Source: Dehalococcoidia bacterium
Lineage (GTDB): Bacteria > Chloroflexota > Dehalococcoidia > Lucifugimonadales > UBA2962
Direction of reading: 5' to 3'
DNA length: 64,000 bases
NCBI GenBank assembly: GCA_965219325.1
Contig: OZ244723.1
Location: 1,981,803-2,045,802, forward strand
The translations under genes and the position numbers were made by a program. Of the stretch, positions 30,800 to 39,481 are shown one piece after another. Each line of letters opens with the position of its first letter. Position 1 is the stretch's first letter. The notes below the pieces were generated by a model, which saw only the letters and a program-made list of their open reading frames with translations, did not search any database and was not told where the DNA came from.

Positions 30800-31557
30800 G
30801 ACGCGTTCTCCTTGCCGCCGTCCCTGCCGAGCTTTCCAGCCGCGCCCTCGATCAGCGGCGCGAGTTCGGCGGCGGTGACCTCCTCGAGATCCCTTCCGGT
30901 CTTGGTCCTCACCGCGGCCCGCACCTGCTCCTCGCCGAAGCCCTGCATGACGCCGAGCCGGACGAGTGTTGCCCGCAGGGACGGGGTGAGAGAGTCGGCG
31001 GAGCCGGTAAGGCTGACCGCCGGGTGCTCGCCGTACAGGCCGTTGCCGAAACGGTCGCCGAAGCTGCGCAGCGCCCGCTTCATGCCGTCGGTGACCGCGC
31101 CCTTCAGGGCGGTTTCGTGCCCGTCCGCGGACTCATCCGTCACCGCGTGGAAGCCCACGTCGGTCCTGGGAGGGGCGCCGGGGACGGTGACCCTTACTGG
31201 AGCCGAGTAGGCCCGCGTGCACTTCACCTCTCCGGTCTGGGGATCGACGGTCTCGATCTCCCTGAGGGTGACCTCGCCGGCGAGCTCGTAGCCCCAGCCT
31301 CCGAAGCCGAACACCTGGTTGGCGACGGCGATGGCGACGTGCCCTTCTATGTATGAGAACGTCTTGCCGCCGCGTCCCCTGCGCTGCGAAACGAGCGCCG
31401 GGTCGAGGGGGAGGGTCAGCTCCCTGGTGACCGCCGGGGGCAGTGCGTCCCACCCCAGGTCGTGGTTGTCGACCGCGGCGTCGTCCCGGTGGACGCCGTT
31501 TGATCCGTTCTTCGCCGTGCCGTTCGTGCTGCCGTTTCTTCGTGTTCCGTTGAGCAT
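30796..31557 (-). CDS. Rad52/Rad22 (Sak-like) ssDNA annealing protein
   Basis: VSQRRGRGGKTFSYIEG..AI..ANQVFGFGGW, DVGF, KGAVTDGMKRALRSFG..FGN.LY. Confidence 0.9.
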   Translation of the reverse strand: MLNGTRRNGSTNGTAKNGSNGVHRDDAAVDNHDLGWDALPPAVTRELTLPLDPALVSQRRGRGGKTFSYIEGHVAIAVANQVFGFGGWGYELAGEVTLREIETVDPQTGEVKCTRAYSAPVRVTVPGAPPRTDVGFHAVTDESADGHETALKGAVTDGMKRALRSFGDRFGNGLYGEHPAVSLTGSADSLTPSLRATLVRLGVMQGFGEEQVRAAVRTKTGRDLEEVTAAELAPLIEGAAGKLGRDGGKENAS

Positions 31558-31775
31558 GTCGTCTCCTTCATTGATTCGCCAAAACTGGGTGGTGGATGCG
31601 GTTTCCTGTAGGAAAGCCGTGGGTTGAGAAGGCCCCGGACGCGTGGATGGGCCTCTCGAGGCCATGCGCGTACTGGTGGACGCAAAGATGTGCGTCCGGG
31701 GCCGCTGTCGGGGGGAAGGTCCCGCGTGATAGCCCGGTCATCGGGCGGCGGGACCTTTGGGGTGGGGGAGCGCCG

Positions 31776-32816
31776 CTAGCGGGCGTTGCGGGCGGCTGCC
31801 TTCAGCAGACGCATGAAGGCGGCCCTGCCGCCGGGGAGGGCGGCGATCTCGGCGGCGTCCGATATGCCACCCGGAAGGGTGACGGGCGCCGCCCTGCGAC
31901 CGAGCAGCGCTGTGAGCTGCCCGGTCATCTCCCGGCCCGCGTCGTCCGCATCGAAGGCTAGGAAGACGCGCCCGCAGCCCCGGAGGGATGCGGCGATGCG
32001 CTCTGCGCCCTGTGTGCCGAGCGCACTGCAGGCCGGGAGGCCCCAGCCGGCGAGCGCGACCCAGTCGAACAGTCCCTCCGTGAGCACGAGCCACGGAGGC
32101 GCGGCGCCGAGCCGCGAGAGCCCGAGCACCGGCTTGGTTCCGGGCGGTGCCTGGAACCGGGGCGAGGCGCCGGGGTCGATGGCCCTTGCGGCCATCCAGC
32201 GCGTGATTGAGCCGGCGGCGTCGGGCACGACGATCATGCCGGCGAAGCGTTCGCCCCGTGGGGTGAACAGTCCCGAGCGGCTGAGACGCTCGGCGCCGAA
32301 ACCTGCGGATTCCAGGTGTGTCCGCAGCCCCGATCCCGGTGCGTAACCGAGCCCGAGACGGGCGGCCGCGCCGGCGCCGATGCCCCTTGCGGCAAGGTAC
32401 TCCCCCGCCTCCGGACTGCGCCGCAGCCGCCCCGCGTAGAACCTCATCGCCGCGGTGAGCGCCGCGGGGTCGCGGGCGAACCCCGGTGCGGCGACCGGCC
32501 GCCGATCGACGGCCTCACCTGACCGGACGGTGCATCCACCCTCCGCCTCCAGCCTGCGTATCGCCTCCGGCAGACCGACCCCCTCCACTCTCTGGACAAA
32601 ATCCAGCACGTCCCCTCCGGCGCCGCAACCGAAACACCACCACCTCTCCGTGTCGCCGTACACTGTGAACGACCCTTCGGCCTCTGCGTGGAAGGGGCAG
32701 ACGCCCTGCCGGACCCTGCCCCTTCCACTGAGCTCGACCCCGGCAGCCTCGACGGTATCGCCGAGGGGGTGCCGGCTCTTGAGCGCGGCGATGTCGACCG
32801 TCGCCGATGCCGTCAT
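31776..32816 (-). CDS. DnaG-type primase (CHC2 zinc finger + TOPRIM)
   Basis: CPFHAE..GSF..WWCFGC..GGDV; TEGLFD; FDADDAG. Confidence 0.9.
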   Translation of the reverse strand: MTASATVDIAALKSRHPLGDTVEAAGVELSGRGRVRQGVCPFHAEAEGSFTVYGDTERWWCFGCGAGGDVLDFVQRVEGVGLPEAIRRLEAEGGCTVRSGEAVDRRPVAAPGFARDPAALTAAMRFYAGRLRRSPEAGEYLAARGIGAGAAARLGLGYAPGSGLRTHLESAGFGAERLSRSGLFTPRGERFAGMIVVPDAAGSITRWMAARAIDPGASPRFQAPPGTKPVLGLSRLGAAPPWLVLTEGLFDWVALAGWGLPACSALGTQGAERIAASLRGCGRVFLAFDADDAGREMTGQLTALLGRRAAPVTLPGGISDAAEIAALPGGRAAFMRLLKAAARNAR

Positions 32817-33262
32817 CGACCGTTCCCGTCCAGCGGCCGAAGCCCCCGGACCGAGCGCCGCGAGACCAGGTGTCCCGGCCGCCACCTCATCCCGATCGCC
32901 GCCGCGACCTCAAGCATGCCGTCCGCCGCAGGCCGCAGCACGGCGCCGCGCCCCGTGCCCTGTCCGTAGAGCAGGGCGCCTGAGCCGGCGAACCCCCTGC
33001 GCGCGAGCGCGAGCCACTCGGAGTACACCCAACGGGCCTCTCCCTCCGTGGCGCTGCGGACATCCACACTACCGAGCACGGCCATCGCGCCGCCCGCATC
33101 CCCGGACCGCCGGAGGCGCCTTGCGTCGTGGACGCTGCGCGCTACGCTCTGGGCCTCCCCCGAGGTCTTCCCGAGCACCGCATCCATCACCCTGTCCACC
33201 AGCTCCTCGAGGCTTCGCCCGGGAGCCGCAACCGTCTGGTTGGTCATCGTCATCGTCGTCAT
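32813..33262 (-). CDS. Hypothetical protein
   Basis: 149-aa ORF with SD aggag; its stop overlaps the primase start. Confidence 0.7.
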   Translation of the reverse strand: MTTMTMTNQTVAAPGRSLEELVDRVMDAVLGKTSGEAQSVARSVHDARRLRRSGDAGGAMAVLGSVDVRSATEGEARWVYSEWLALARRGFAGSGALLYGQGTGRGAVLRPAADGMLEVAAAIGMRWRPGHLVSRRSVRGLRPLDGNGR

Positions 33263-33302
33263 GTTTTTCTCCTTTGCGGCAGGCCTCGGCCGCCGTCTTC
33301 GA

Positions 33303-33485
33303 TTACTTGCCTTTCAAAGCCCTCAAGGCCGTGAAGCCCAGGAAGCCGATCGCCAGTCCATTGACGGCAAACAGCTCAAGGCTCTCGGTCAGGGCCAAGG
33401 GCGCCACCAGGACGGCCACAGCGACCGACCGCCGGTGCCGCCAGAGGAAGCCGGGAAGCCCGAGTACGAATCCGAATGCGTTCAT
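33303..33485 (-). CDS. Small membrane protein
   Basis: SD aaggagg; hydrophobic 60-aa ORF. Confidence 0.6.
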   Translation of the reverse strand: MNAFGFVLGLPGFLWRHRRSVAVAVLVAPLALTESLELFAVNGLAIGFLGFTALRALKGK

Positions 33486-33841
33486 GTGCGCACCTCCTTG
33501 CGTGCAATGCCCGGCCGGCACCCATGGCCCGGGTCGTGGTTCTACGGTCGGTAGGTGACACACCTCGCCCGCGAACGGTGCCTGTCACGGAGGGAGGTGC
33601 GGTGGGGAAAGCGAGGTGGAAGCCACCGACGCAGGAGCGTGCGTAACCGGCGGGGCAGCTCGGGGAGCTACGCCGCGGGCGTGGAGAGCCGACCGGAGGG
33701 CGTCAGGCGCTCAATCGGCGGCGTCTATGGGCCAGGCGCAGGGTGCGCGCAGGCCGTGGTGTCCGGTCGGCGAAGGAATGGTGCATCTCCACCTGCCGAA
33801 CGGTACCGGGGACGAGGATCGCTATCACCTCGCCCCTGCGG

Positions 33842-34897
33842 CTATTCCCTCTCAGGCCGGTCGGGGAGAGCTTCGCTCGAATCCAACCTCACGCCCGGGC
33901 AACAGGGATCACGCCCCCAGGATTTGCATCTTGGCCAAACCCCGGAAAAAGCCGAAAACAGTGCTCCCAGTATTGCGTCCGTGCGCCGACGACTGTCAAC
34001 GGAAATCGGCCGGATTTTGGGCATCCGGCGCCAAAGTGCTAGCAGGCTGCTAGCACCGGAAGGCCACCGGCGCCACAGGTGCACCAGGCCGAGGGTCAGC
34101 ACGCTTCTCAACAGCCTGCGCCTTGCCAGCGCCCTGCGAGTGTCATCGAGGGCGCTGCGGCGCCAGCCCGTCTGGCCCCTGCGCGCAAAGCCCCTGAGCG
34201 GCTCGATCTCCGGCGGCAGCGTCAACCCGTGCTCCTCCAGCATCGCCAGCTCCAGGTTCAGCAGCCTCTCCTCGTCCATGAGCCACGACAGCCCCCGGCC
34301 CTCGTTGGGGTGGGCGTCCCTGAGCTCCCTCCAGTCGGTCACCAGCGGCCATGCGTCCCCGAACACCTCCGGGTCGTCGGGTGCAGGCTCGCGGGTCACG
34401 AGTCCGGGATTCTCGCGCCTGATGACGCCGCGCGGCGCCGGGACGGGAGGGCCGGTCTTCGCCTCGGCGACAGGGGCCGCACTCGCCTCCTCGAGATCGG
34501 ACAGCCTCCTTCCGATCCTGCCCATGCCCCGCGCGAACTCCTCGCGCAGCCTCGCCTCCCGCTCCTCGAATACGGACCGCACCGTCTCAAGACCCGTGCC
34601 TAGCCGTTCCGAGAGCTCGTCGACCCTCTCCTCCAGCGTCTCCAGTCGCCTGCCCTGGTCGGCGACATCGGCGTCGGCCCTCTCGACAAGGGCCCGCTCC
34701 AGCGCCTCGCGGCAGCGCCTGGTCAGCCGTCCCTCGTCCAGGCTGACCTTGATCGTGCGATGGTCGATGCCCAGCTCGCGTGCGGCGCCCTTCAGTCCAC
34801 CCCTGCGGACCATCTCGCTCAGGACGGACTCCAGCCGCAGAAGGTGTGGGTCCTCGACGCTCGTTATGTCATCTAGGGTTGACTTCACCTCATCCAT
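33842..34897 (-). CDS. HTH + coiled-coil protein (possible regulator or relaxosome accessory factor)
   Basis: GLKGAARELGIDHRTI HTH; SD ggaggaggg; the last ~75 codons overlap promoter/operator-like DNA and may be read-through. Confidence 0.65.
   Translation of the reverse strand: MDEVKSTLDDITSVEDPHLLRLESVLSEMVRRGGLKGAARELGIDHRTIKVSLDEGRLTRRCREALERALVERADADVADQGRRLETLEERVDELSERLGTGLETVRSVFEEREARLREEFARGMGRIGRRLSDLEEASAAPVAEAKTGPPVPAPRGVIRRENPGLVTREPAPDDPEVFGDAWPLVTDWRELRDAHPNEGRGLSWLMDEERLLNLELAMLEEHGLTLPPEIEPLRGFARRGQTGWRRSALDDTRRALARRRLLRSVLTLGLVHLWRRWPSGASSLLALWRRMPKIRPISVDSRRRTDAILGALFSAFSGVWPRCKSWGRDPCCPGVRLDSSEALPDRPERE
33969..33999 (-). promoter_or_regulatory. Putative sigma70 promoter of the leftward operon
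   Basis: Perfect TTGACA (33999-33994); weak -10 caatac/aatact at an 18-19 nt spacing. Confidence 0.4.
34033..34056. promoter_or_regulatory. Palindromic operator-like site
   Basis: gtgctagcag-g-ctgctagcac perfect inverted repeat; contains AAGTGCTAGCAG, also present at 35033 and 54187. Confidence 0.65.
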
Positions 34898-34909
34898 TTA
34901 TCCCTCCTC

Positions 34910-35011
34910 CCCCGGGTACAAAATGTCACTTTCGGGGGGGTTTTTGTCCGGGGCCGCCCATCCGGGCGGGGTACAAAATGTCACTTTCGCCGGGGTTTTT
35001 GTACCGCGGGG
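34910..35011. repeat. Two 21-bp direct repeats (55-bp period), each in a hairpin; oriT/iteron candidate
   Basis: gggtacaaaatgtcactttcg at 34914-34934 and 34969-34989, each closed by tttttgt(a)cc. Confidence 0.7.
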
Positions 35012-35032
35012 CTGGAATACGGCCTGTCACCG

Positions 35033-35045
35033 AAGTGCTAGCAGC
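35033..35045. promoter_or_regulatory. Second copy of the AAGTGCTAGCAG operator-like motif
   Basis: Exact 12-nt match to 34034 and 13-nt match to 54187. Confidence 0.55.
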
Positions 35046-35421
35046 ATCTGTCCTGTAGGGACCCCGCCGCCCCTGTAGCAGGCCGCCCGTGCCTCTCTTT
35101 CGTCTCCCGGATTCCCCTCCGAATTCCTGTACACGTCTATGACATCACCTGTCGGCCGGTGAATCCCATGCCGCGGGAGCCGGGGTGCACCGAGCCCCCC
35201 CTGCGGGTCATTACATACAGCACATACGTTCGCGAGACTCGATTGCAGCCGGGACGATCCGTCGCCGGCATCGAGGAGGCGAGTTGCCACTGCAATCGAG
35301 ATCCGGGTCCCCCGGTTTCCCTGCCGACCGTGCATCCACGGATGCCGGGAGGTCGGGTCCGACCTTTTCCGAAGACGCCCTCAGGGGCACATATGTTCTG
35401 CTGAAAAGGGCAAAAAGGGGG

Positions 35422-36009
35422 GTGGCCCGGAGCGTGGGGCGACCGCTGGCGCTCGCCGCGGCCGTGCTGCTCTCCGCACTTGTCGCACTCCCGCCCGTAA
35501 GCGTTGCCCACGCCCAGACCCCGCCGGACGAGATAGTCCTGGTCAACGCCGCCGACGGTCCCGTCGAGCGAAAGAAGGACGGGCGCTTCGTCGCGAGGCC
35601 GGTCTTCGACCGAAGGCTCGACGGTCTGTTCTACGGCATCCGCGATCCAGACAGCGGCGACTGGCTGACGGCCGTGTACCGGGTGATCGGCGGAGAGACC
35701 GCGCTGGTGGACGGGTGGCAGTACGAGTGGGAGTACCCGGCGCTCCCCGAGCAGCCGGCGCTCGAGCCGGACCGAGCCTACCTGCTTGTGATGCTCGCGG
35801 CGGAGACCCTTCCGGGGGACCCGCAGACGATCCGCGCGCTCGTGCCGGTCTATGAGCCGGGGAGCCTGTGGGAGCGGGTGATCCGGGCGATGGACCCGGG
35901 CAGATGGGCGAGGGCTTTCGCCCGCTGGGTGATAGAGGGCGTGCACGGGACCCTGTGCGGGGTGGTCGAGCGGGCGAGCGGCGCGGTCGCGGCGAACTGC
36001 GGGGGCTGA
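35422..36009 (+). CDS. Secreted protein, first gene of the transfer operon
   Basis: GTG start; signal peptide ending AHA-Q. Confidence 0.7.
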   Translation: MARSVGRPLALAAAVLLSALVALPPVSVAHAQTPPDEIVLVNAADGPVERKKDGRFVARPVFDRRLDGLFYGIRDPDSGDWLTAVYRVIGGETALVDGWQYEWEYPALPEQPALEPDRAYLLVMLAAETLPGDPQTIRALVPVYEPGSLWERVIRAMDPGRWARAFARWVIEGVHGTLCGVVERASGAVAANCGG

Positions 36010-36014
36010 TCGGC

Positions 36015-36995
36015 ATGGGCGACGTGATCACCGGCACCCCGGCCAACCTGACCTACGAGCACGAGCTGGTCAGGCAGGCGTGGATAGCCGTCTGGGCGAT
36101 CGCGTCAGGGGCGCTGGTGGTGATCATCGGCTGGATCGGGCTTTCGATGATCGTGTCCGAGCACCTCGGGCGGCCGCAGGCGGGGTGGCGGGAGATGGTG
36201 CCGCGCCTCGTGCTCGGCCTGGTCGCGGCGGCGACGTCGCTGTGGTGGTGCGCGCTGGTGATCGATGTCGCGGACGCGGTCTCGGGATTCATCGCCGGGG
36301 TCTTCGCCCTGGCGCCCGGCGCGCTCCTGCGCTCGTCGATAGACACCCTTCTGACGGCGGTCACGGCCGGGAGCGTGGGGATGGCCCTGCTGCTGGCGTT
36401 CCTCTACCTGCTCTATGGATTTTTCGTGCTCTACGTCCTGGTGCAGATGATCGTCCGCCTGGCCCTGATCGACCTGCTGCTCGCGCTTGCGCCGATGGCG
36501 CTGGGGCTGTGGATCCTGCCGCACACGGCGGGCTGGGGAAGGCACTGGCTGAAGCTGTTCATGACGACCGTGTTCCAGCAGGCGGTGCAGCTGATCGCCC
36601 TGGCGCTTGCGTTCGGGTTCCTTGCGGACTTCGCGGCCATAGGCCCGTTCGAGCCGGTGCAGGACCTGGTCTGGAAGCTGCTGATCTCGCTCTCGTTCGT
36701 CTACCTGACGACCCGCGTGCCGAGCCTGATGGGCAACCCGGGCACGTTCGACGCCTGGCTTCACACGCTGTATTTCGGGATGTCGCTGCCGGGCTCGATC
36801 GTGCGGTCGGCGAGGTCGATCGGGACGGTGGCCGGGGGCATGACGGGTGGCGGTCCTGCTGGCGGCGTGGCCGCGGCCGTCGCAGGCACGGGGCTGGCCG
36901 CGGGAGCGACAGCCGCGATCCGGTCGATGGCCGACGTATCGACACCGTCGTATGCGGGTGGCGAGGGCGCAGCCCCGAGGAGCTCGGGCGAGTGA
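36015..36995 (+). CDS. VirB6/TrbL-like polytopic T4SS membrane protein
   Basis: Multiple TM helices; ..LLLALAPMALGLWILP.T.GWGR.W...F...VFQQ; Gly/Ala-rich tail. Confidence 0.8.
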   Translation: MGDVITGTPANLTYEHELVRQAWIAVWAIASGALVVIIGWIGLSMIVSEHLGRPQAGWREMVPRLVLGLVAAATSLWWCALVIDVADAVSGFIAGVFALAPGALLRSSIDTLLTAVTAGSVGMALLLAFLYLLYGFFVLYVLVQMIVRLALIDLLLALAPMALGLWILPHTAGWGRHWLKLFMTTVFQQAVQLIALALAFGFLADFAAIGPFEPVQDLVWKLLISLSFVYLTTRVPSLMGNPGTFDAWLHTLYFGMSLPGSIVRSARSIGTVAGGMTGGGPAGGVAAAVAGTGLAAGATAAIRSMADVSTPSYAGGEGAAPRSSGE

Positions 36996-37152
36996 TGGCG
37001 GGCGCAAAAGACTTCATGAAGACACGGCCCGGTGGGGCGAGGGGGGGAGGGGCCATGTGCATGTAGGGACCGGTCATGAGGGGACGGAAGAAACGGAAGG
37101 AAAGCGATGAGACGCCGGGCGGGGGAATACCGTCCGGGGAGAGGAGAAGGAA

Positions 37153-37446
37153 ATGGGTGATCTGACGCAGACGATTTCGAACATTGTCGGGATCCTGCTT
37201 GGGCTCGTCGGAGCGGTCGGAGTCGGCTTTTTCATCTACGGGGCGTACCTGTATTTGACGGCTTCCGGCGCACCGCACCAGATGGAGCGTGGCAAGAGCG
37301 CGATGATGACGGCCCTGGCGGGCATCGTCCTGGCGATGGTGGGTTACGGGGTGGTGGAGCTGGTGATGAACGCCGTGGTCAACCCGGCGGTGGAGATCGA
37401 CTCCATACCGGCGCCCGGCACTCCGACGCCGACGCCGACCGGCTGA
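37153..37446 (+). CDS. TrbC/VirB2-like pilin 1
   Basis: Two hydrophobic helices around YLYLTASG..QMERGK. Confidence 0.8.
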   Translation: MGDLTQTISNIVGILLGLVGAVGVGFFIYGAYLYLTASGAPHQMERGKSAMMTALAGIVLAMVGYGVVELVMNAVVNPAVEIDSIPAPGTPTPTPTG

Positions 37447-37460
37447 TGGGAGGTGGCGGT

Positions 37461-39149
37461 ATGACGGAGCACGAGGTGCCGACTCACGTGCAGGCGGAGG
37501 ACAGAGTGGTCCTGTGGTTCACGTTCCCGCAGATCGTTGCCATGACGGCGGTGTGCGCCCTGGGGTACGGGGTTTACCGGTACGCGCCGGTAGGGCCGTC
37601 GGAGGTCCGGATGGGGCTGGCGGTGGTGTTCGCCCTGTTCGGGCTGGCGATGATCGTCGGGAAGGTGGGGGGCAGGCGTCTGCCGGTGGTGCTGGCGGAC
37701 CTTTTGCGGTTCGGCCTGGGGCCCCGGCGATACGTCGGGCCCCCTGCCGACCTGGTGCGCAGCGAGCCTCCCGCGCCGCCGACCCCGCCGCAGATGTCCG
37801 AGAGGGACAGGCGGGCGGACAGGTGGCGAAGGAGACGCTGCAGGGCGAGGGCCCGGCGGACCTTCAGGGCACACGGCTGGTTCGGAAAGCGGCGGCGGCG
37901 GCGCAGGCGGGACCGCTGCAGGGCCCGGCAGGCAAGGGACGAGAAGCCCCGGCGGGGTTGGAAGTGGCTGATGGCAGCGGGGGTCGCCGCACTCTCGGCG
38001 GCGGCCCTTGCCGCCATGTCGCTCACCGCTCCTCCCCCGGCATCGGGGCAGGAGCCGGAGATCGAGGACATCGGCCTGTGGGACATAGAGAGCGAGATCG
38101 AGTTCGAGCCGCGCGAGCCGGTGCCCGGAAGGAGGCTGTACCTCCAGGAATTGAAGGTCAGTGGCGACCGGGCGCACGTCACGCTCCGTGCGGCGACGGA
38201 CCTGGAGGTCCGTGTGAGGGCCTTCGGTGGACTGTGGGGAAGGGAGCTCCGGTTCTGGAGCGCGGCGTCACTGGACGGGCGCGAGACGGTCACCTACTCG
38301 CTTCCCCTGGCGGGCGACGAGCCCTCATTGACGTTTTCCTGGGAAGAGGGGATCGGACAGGGCGGTGCGTTCACCGTCAGGAGGGACCGGATCCCGCGCC
38401 CTCTTCCTTCCATCGCTGGAGAGCTCTGCGACGTCGAGGTCACGTCGCTGGGCTGGACCCCGGGGCTGGTGAGGGGCGTCATCGACGCCGATTGCGTCGG
38501 CCGGCTCGACGAGGTGGTGAAGGTGTGGACGGCGGTGGGCCATGACCTGATCGGCGTCGACGCGGTGATCGAGTCGACGGTGACGGCGATAACCGGCACC
38601 TACACGGTCACCGACGGGGGCTATCACGTGACGGTCCCGTTCGCCGAGGGCGAGACGGAATTCAGCCTCCCGGTGGCGATCGGCGACGTCGTCCGCACGG
38701 TGGAGATCGAACTTGCGCTCGAGGCGACGCTCGAGGTGCCGATGCCGGACCTCGTGAGGCTCACGCACCACCCGGCGCGCACCGAGATGCAGACCCGGTC
38801 GGTGAAGCTCTGGCGTCCGGGCACGGGAAGGACGGTGTCAAGGACGGTCACCATCAGCCACGGTGACGGCACGACATCACGGCACACGATCTCGGCGTAC
38901 CTGTCCATCCCGGGCGCGAACGTCACGAAGAACGTGACGCTGTCGATCCAGCACGAGGAGCACGTGCGCGCCGAGGTGGAGTCCCAGCCGTCCATCGAGC
39001 GAACGCGCATGGAGGAAATGGCCCTCGCGGCGGACATCGGGGCGGACGCCGCATTCCGGGTCATGGTCTATCCCGATCCCGTCGAGGAGACGGCTCCCGC
39101 CGATCAGAGGCCGGCGACGGAGGAGGAAGTGGAGGACCTGTTCGATTGA
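37461..39149 (+). CDS. PrgI-family protein fused to a large extracytoplasmic domain
   Basis: HEVPTHVQAEDRVV..FTFPQ PrgI-like N-terminus; Arg-rich linker; second TM; beta-rich C-terminus. Confidence 0.7.
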   Translation: MTEHEVPTHVQAEDRVVLWFTFPQIVAMTAVCALGYGVYRYAPVGPSEVRMGLAVVFALFGLAMIVGKVGGRRLPVVLADLLRFGLGPRRYVGPPADLVRSEPPAPPTPPQMSERDRRADRWRRRRCRARARRTFRAHGWFGKRRRRRRRDRCRARQARDEKPRRGWKWLMAAGVAALSAAALAAMSLTAPPPASGQEPEIEDIGLWDIESEIEFEPREPVPGRRLYLQELKVSGDRAHVTLRAATDLEVRVRAFGGLWGRELRFWSAASLDGRETVTYSLPLAGDEPSLTFSWEEGIGQGGAFTVRRDRIPRPLPSIAGELCDVEVTSLGWTPGLVRGVIDADCVGRLDEVVKVWTAVGHDLIGVDAVIESTVTAITGTYTVTDGGYHVTVPFAEGETEFSLPVAIGDVVRTVEIELALEATLEVPMPDLVRLTHHPARTEMQTRSVKLWRPGTGRTVSRTVTISHGDGTTSRHTISAYLSIPGANVTKNVTLSIQHEEHVRAEVESQPSIERTRMEEMALAADIGADAAFRVMVYPDPVEETAPADQRPATEEEVEDLFD

Positions 39150-39463
39150 AGCTGCGAAGGCTCATATTACCGGCGCTGCTGGTCGCCGCATCCGTGACGT
39201 CGATGGCTGCCGAACCTCCCGGTGACGCCGAGATGATCGCGCAGTTCGACCGCGTGCTGACGGCGATGGCCTATGCGGCGGCGGGACTTGCGGTCTTCTC
39301 TATCGTCTGGGCCAGCTTCCTGCTCATGGCCGAGGGAAGCGAGGAGCGGGGCAGGGGACGGGCGAGGGCCGCGGTCATGGGCTCTGTGATCGGGCTCGTC
39401 CTGGTGCTCTCTGCGAAGGGCGTTACGTTCGCGCTGACCAGTGCCGTCGGCACGGTCCCGTAG
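39146..39463 (+). CDS. TrbC/VirB2-like pilin 2
   Basis: Signal-like N-terminus; two TM helices around EE.GRGRARAAV. Confidence 0.7.
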   Translation: MKLRRLILPALLVAASVTSMAAEPPGDAEMIAQFDRVLTAMAYAAAGLAVFSIVWASFLLMAEGSEERGRGRARAAVMGSVIGLVLVLSAKGVTFALTSAVGTVP

Positions 39464-39481
39464 GGGAAGGAGTACTCCGGC

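Noticed and set aside
33555-35078. 507-aa plus-strand ORF
   Set aside because: Ser/Arg-rich shadow of the minus-strand HTH gene and regulatory DNA
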